In this document: positions 61,157 to 64,000 of the stretch, piece by piece | Layout: each line of letters opens with the position of its first letter | Position numbering within the stretch: position 1 is the stretch's first letter | From: a virus | Lineage: Duplodnaviria > Caudoviricetes | DNA: 64,000 bases | IMG/VR virus record: IMGVR_UViG_3300005937_000014 | Location: 4,363-68,362 of that record | Strand: one strand, 5' to 3' | Program-made: the position numbers and the translations under genes | The notes under the pieces: model-generated | The model's database searches: none | The model's input: only the letters and a program-made list of their open reading frames with translations | What the model was told of the DNA's origin: nothing

Positions 61157-61232
61157 TCGCCGCTCCGACGGCGGCTGGATTCGCTCACACCGTGTGACCG
61201 AACGACGCCGCTCCGATGGAGAGGAGGTAGTC

Positions 61233-61892
61233 GTGGCAATCGTGTCTGCGTTCAAGGCCGCGGTAGAGGCCAAGCGCGACGAGTGGCGCGAAGCTGCCGG
61301 GTGGCTGGACGTGGCCGGGAAGTTGGATTCAGGCAAGCTGATCAACTTCCTGTTCGATGCCGTGGCCGCGAAGGCGGTCGTGACAGGCGACAAGCCGGAG
61401 AAGCAGAAGGCCGAGAAGGCCATTCCCCGGCTCGACCTGTTCTACCAGGCGTACCCGAACCTCCCGACACTCGGGAGCGAGGGGTACGACGATCTCGATG
61501 AGATCGAGCACAATGCGTACGCGAAGTGCAAGGGCGACGTGATGAACGTCCTCCAGCCCGACGTGCGCAAGCAGATCCAGAAGGTCACGGGCATCAAGAT
61601 GCCCGGCTTCGTGTTCTGCCGGGCGGTCGTGGATCAGGGCGGTGTCGAGACTGACGCTGTCTACCTCACGGACAACCCGAAGCTGATCATGGCCGACTTC
61701 GCCTTCGTCCTGCGTGACGCGGTCCGCAAGGCGGCGGAGAAGGAGGCTCAGAACCTCGGGATGGTCATGGTTCGCCGTCCCGAGATGACCGGCAAGCTCC
61801 GCAAGGAGCTTGAGACGAGCCTGACCAACGCTACGAACTTCGCCCGCAGCACGCTCGCATTGTCGAGCGGCTCGTCGGACGACGAATCGTAA
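61233..61892 (+). CDS. Hypothetical protein
   Basis: RBS GAGGAGGTAGTC-GTG, the same leader end as the motif-driven genes. Confidence 0.7.
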   Translation: MAIVSAFKAAVEAKRDEWREAAGWLDVAGKLDSGKLINFLFDAVAAKAVVTGDKPEKQKAEKAIPRLDLFYQAYPNLPTLGSEGYDDLDEIEHNAYAKCKGDVMNVLQPDVRKQIQKVTGIKMPGFVFCRAVVDQGGVETDAVYLTDNPKLIMADFAFVLRDAVRKAAEKEAQNLGMVMVRRPEMTGKLRKELETSLTNATNFARSTLALSSGSSDDES

Positions 61893-61981
61893 GCAGCAGT
61901 CGGGTTCGGAGAGGGGCGGCGCACATCCGGCGGCAACCAAGGGTGCGCGCCGCCCCCTCACTCGGAGAGGAGAGCGTAGCG

Positions 61982-62644
61982 GTGGACGAGCAGGAGGTGC
62001 GCACGCGCGTCGCGGGCATGTCCCGGACGAAGCGGGCGATCTACGAGAGCTTGGAGAAGGACGGCCCGCTGGCGGCGTTCGAGCTTGCCAAGCCGCTCGG
62101 GCGCGGCGACGGGCTGACGAAGGAACTGCGCGGGATGCTGCGCGAGGGCGTGATCCGGCGGGCCACGGCCAGGCGCTGGACGGGCCGGTCCGAGTCGGTC
62201 GCCTACGAGGTGACGCCGTTCGAGCAGGTCGAGCAGGAGCGCGAGCAGGAGGTCGCCCGGCAGAAGCAGGAGCGGCGCAAGCCGAAGGCGGGCGGCGTCC
62301 CGTACGCGGAGCAGGCGCACGAGTTGCGCAAGCTCGTCCAGGGCGGCAACGCCTCCGAGTGGATCAAGACGCGCCTGCGCGTGCTCGACTCGTTCCCGAT
62401 CCTGCGCAACGTGAGCGAGATGTCGTTCTGGGCGAACGTCCCCTGGGACGAGTTGGAGTACGTCCTGGAGGAGATGCGCGCGGTGCGCGAGGCGGTCGCG
62501 GAGTCGATCACGAGCCTGGAGCGGCGCAAGGAGATCGAGGACACGATGCGCAAGATCGAGAAGCTGGAGTCCACGAACGGCCGCACCGAGGAGGAGGCGG
62601 CGGCGTTCAAGGCGAAGGCGCGGGAGATGCGGCGGAGCCTGTAA
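61982..62644 (+). CDS. wHTH protein with a C-terminal DUF2786-like helix
   Basis: AIYESLEKDGPLAAFELAKPLG...LRGMLREGVIRR; KIEKLES....EEEAAAFKAKAREM. Confidence 0.6.
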   Translation: MDEQEVRTRVAGMSRTKRAIYESLEKDGPLAAFELAKPLGRGDGLTKELRGMLREGVIRRATARRWTGRSESVAYEVTPFEQVEQEREQEVARQKQERRKPKAGGVPYAEQAHELRKLVQGGNASEWIKTRLRVLDSFPILRNVSEMSFWANVPWDELEYVLEEMRAVREAVAESITSLERRKEIEDTMRKIEKLESTNGRTEEEAAAFKAKAREMRRSL

Positions 62645-62659
62645 CCGAGGGAGGATCAG

Positions 62660-62866
62660 ATGAGGCAAGCATCGAACATGCAGGCGCGCGAGCGGACGGC
62701 GGACGACGTGATCAAGCACCTGCTCGACTTCGCAGGGGACGTGTTCGACAACATCGGCGCGACGCGGCAGTTCAACAACGAGCGGCTGCGCCAGCGGGCC
62801 GGGAGCATCATCGACGCCTACGAGCCTGAGTACAGCCTCAGAACGACCGGGAGGCTCCCGGCGTAG
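62660..62866 (+). CDS. Small hypothetical protein
   Basis: RBS GGGAGG. Confidence 0.55.
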   Translation: MRQASNMQARERTADDVIKHLLDFAGDVFDNIGATRQFNNERLRQRAGSIIDAYEPEYSLRTTGRLPA

Positions 62867-63157
62867 ATGGCCGACCGCCGCAGTACGCTACGACCGGTGA
62901 GCGAGGAGATCACGCGCATCATCTCGCGCCCGGCCGATCCCCCGTCGGAGGAGATCCTGGCCGAGCCGATGGTCGGTCCGCCGTGGGCGTGGGTGTACGC
63001 GCTCTGGCGTCCGATCCACCTGTTCGCCGGGATGCTCGCCGTCGCGCTCGTCGCGGCCGTCGATCACTGGTTCGGCGGCTGGTGGGCGCTCGGTGTCGGG
63101 ATCGGCGGGCCGCTGCTCGGCGCGGCGCTCAGCGAGTACCAGAAGGACGACGGATGA
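62867..63157 (+). CDS. 2-TM membrane protein
   Basis: Two hydrophobic segments. Confidence 0.55.
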   Translation: MADRRSTLRPVSEEITRIISRPADPPSEEILAEPMVGPPWAWVYALWRPIHLFAGMLAVALVAAVDHWFGGWWALGVGIGGPLLGAALSEYQKDDG

Positions 63158-63483
63158 GCACGCCCGAGGACAAGCCGCCCGAGCCGGAGAAGCCGAAGCC
63201 GAAGGCCGAGGAGCCGGAGGAGGAGGGGGAGCGCGAGATCGAGATTCGGCCGGGCATGAACGAGGACGAGATCCGCGCCGCGGGCCTCGCCATCGAGGTG
63301 CCCTACGAGTCCGGCGAGCCGAAGCCGCAGCGCCTCCAGTACGCCGACCTGGGCGAGGAGTACCGCTGGACGCCGCCGCCGGGCTTCGACCCGCGCGCCC
63401 CTGGGCAGGTCGCGACGACGACCGACACGATTGACGGCGGCGAGGAGACGCCCGACGAGGAGACGGGAGGGACGAGCACGTGA
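63154..63483 (+). CDS. Acidic Pro/Glu-rich protein
   Basis: ATGA overlap, codon bias. Confidence 0.55.
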   Translation: MSTPEDKPPEPEKPKPKAEEPEEEGEREIEIRPGMNEDEIRAAGLAIEVPYESGEPKPQRLQYADLGEEYRWTPPPGFDPRAPGQVATTTDTIDGGEETPDEETGGTST

Positions 63484-63689
63484 TCCACCGGCTGCTCCAC
63501 GGTCACTGGCCGCGCTGGTTCCGCGCCGACTACGACTTCCTGACGTGGCGGTACCGCTGCGCGATCTGTGAGCCGACGCACAGGGACGCTCCGTGACGCT
63601 CGTGAAGGTGGCGGCGGGCGTCGTGATTCTCGCGGCGCTGGTCGCGCTCGTGCGCTGGTTCCTCTCCCCCCGACCTGCGTGAGGCCCGG

Positions 63690-63962
63690 ATGCCGACGCT
63701 CGCGCCGCGACCCTTCTGGCTCGACGGCGGCTACGACTTCGAGTCGGTGCGGGCCTGCCCCTACCACCCCGAGCACCGCTGGGTCACGCTGCGGCTGGGG
63801 GACGTGCTCGTGCCCGAGCGGGTGCGCGACCCCGACGAGCGACTGACGATCTGCCGGGCCTGCTACGTGCCGCGCTGCGGCATGACCGGCGACATCGACC
63901 GCTGCACGCTGTGGCGGCACCACCGTGTCAAGCACATCCTGGAGTCCGGCACGAGACTGTGA
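63690..63962 (+). CDS. Cys/His-rich hypothetical protein
   Basis: CPYH, ICRACYVPRCG, C..W.HH. Confidence 0.55.
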   Translation: MPTLAPRPFWLDGGYDFESVRACPYHPEHRWVTLRLGDVLVPERVRDPDERLTICRACYVPRCGMTGDIDRCTLWRHHRVKHILESGTRL

Positions 63963-64000
63963 CGCGCTGAGGGGGGAGAGGGATCGCGGCTCGGCTGCTG

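Noticed and set aside
9697-63988. Similar purine-rich stretch CTGAGGGG(GG)AGAGGGATC(A/G)CG at ~9697 and ~63967
   Set aside because: Only two low-complexity copies, one at the window edge; no context to assign a function.

Overview
This window is a 64-kb internal segment of a high-GC tailed dsDNA phage. The host is most likely actinobacterial, judged from an Rpf gene, a Ku gene, TAnnnT promoters with leaderless starts and TTGTCCACA-type DnaA boxes. Essentially every credible gene is on the + strand; the exception is one 71-aa gene at 13914-14129. Recognisable modules are replication and recombination (DNA methyltransferase, HNH, initiator, DnaC-like loader, RusA, SSB, Ku) and packaging (small and large terminase, portal). 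These are followed by a 4683-aa MuF-like polyvalent protein, a 1808-aa multi-effector protein, several smaller effectors that share an 'LHPRxxxGxW' tag, and many small accessory genes driven by a repeated operator/promoter motif. No major capsid, tail, integrase, tRNA or canonical CRISPR array is visible. The most striking element is at 58.2-60.1 kb: a stand-alone Cas7/RAMP-like gene, a 64-aa ORF, then a ~970-bp array of phased GG(C/T)-NN pentamers cut into units by GGCT(C/T)CCCT delimiters. This looks like an RNA-guided system in which the variable dinucleotides carry the guide information (VIPR-like architecture, from my recollection and still to be verified). Family assignments come from motif recognition by eye, not database searches.
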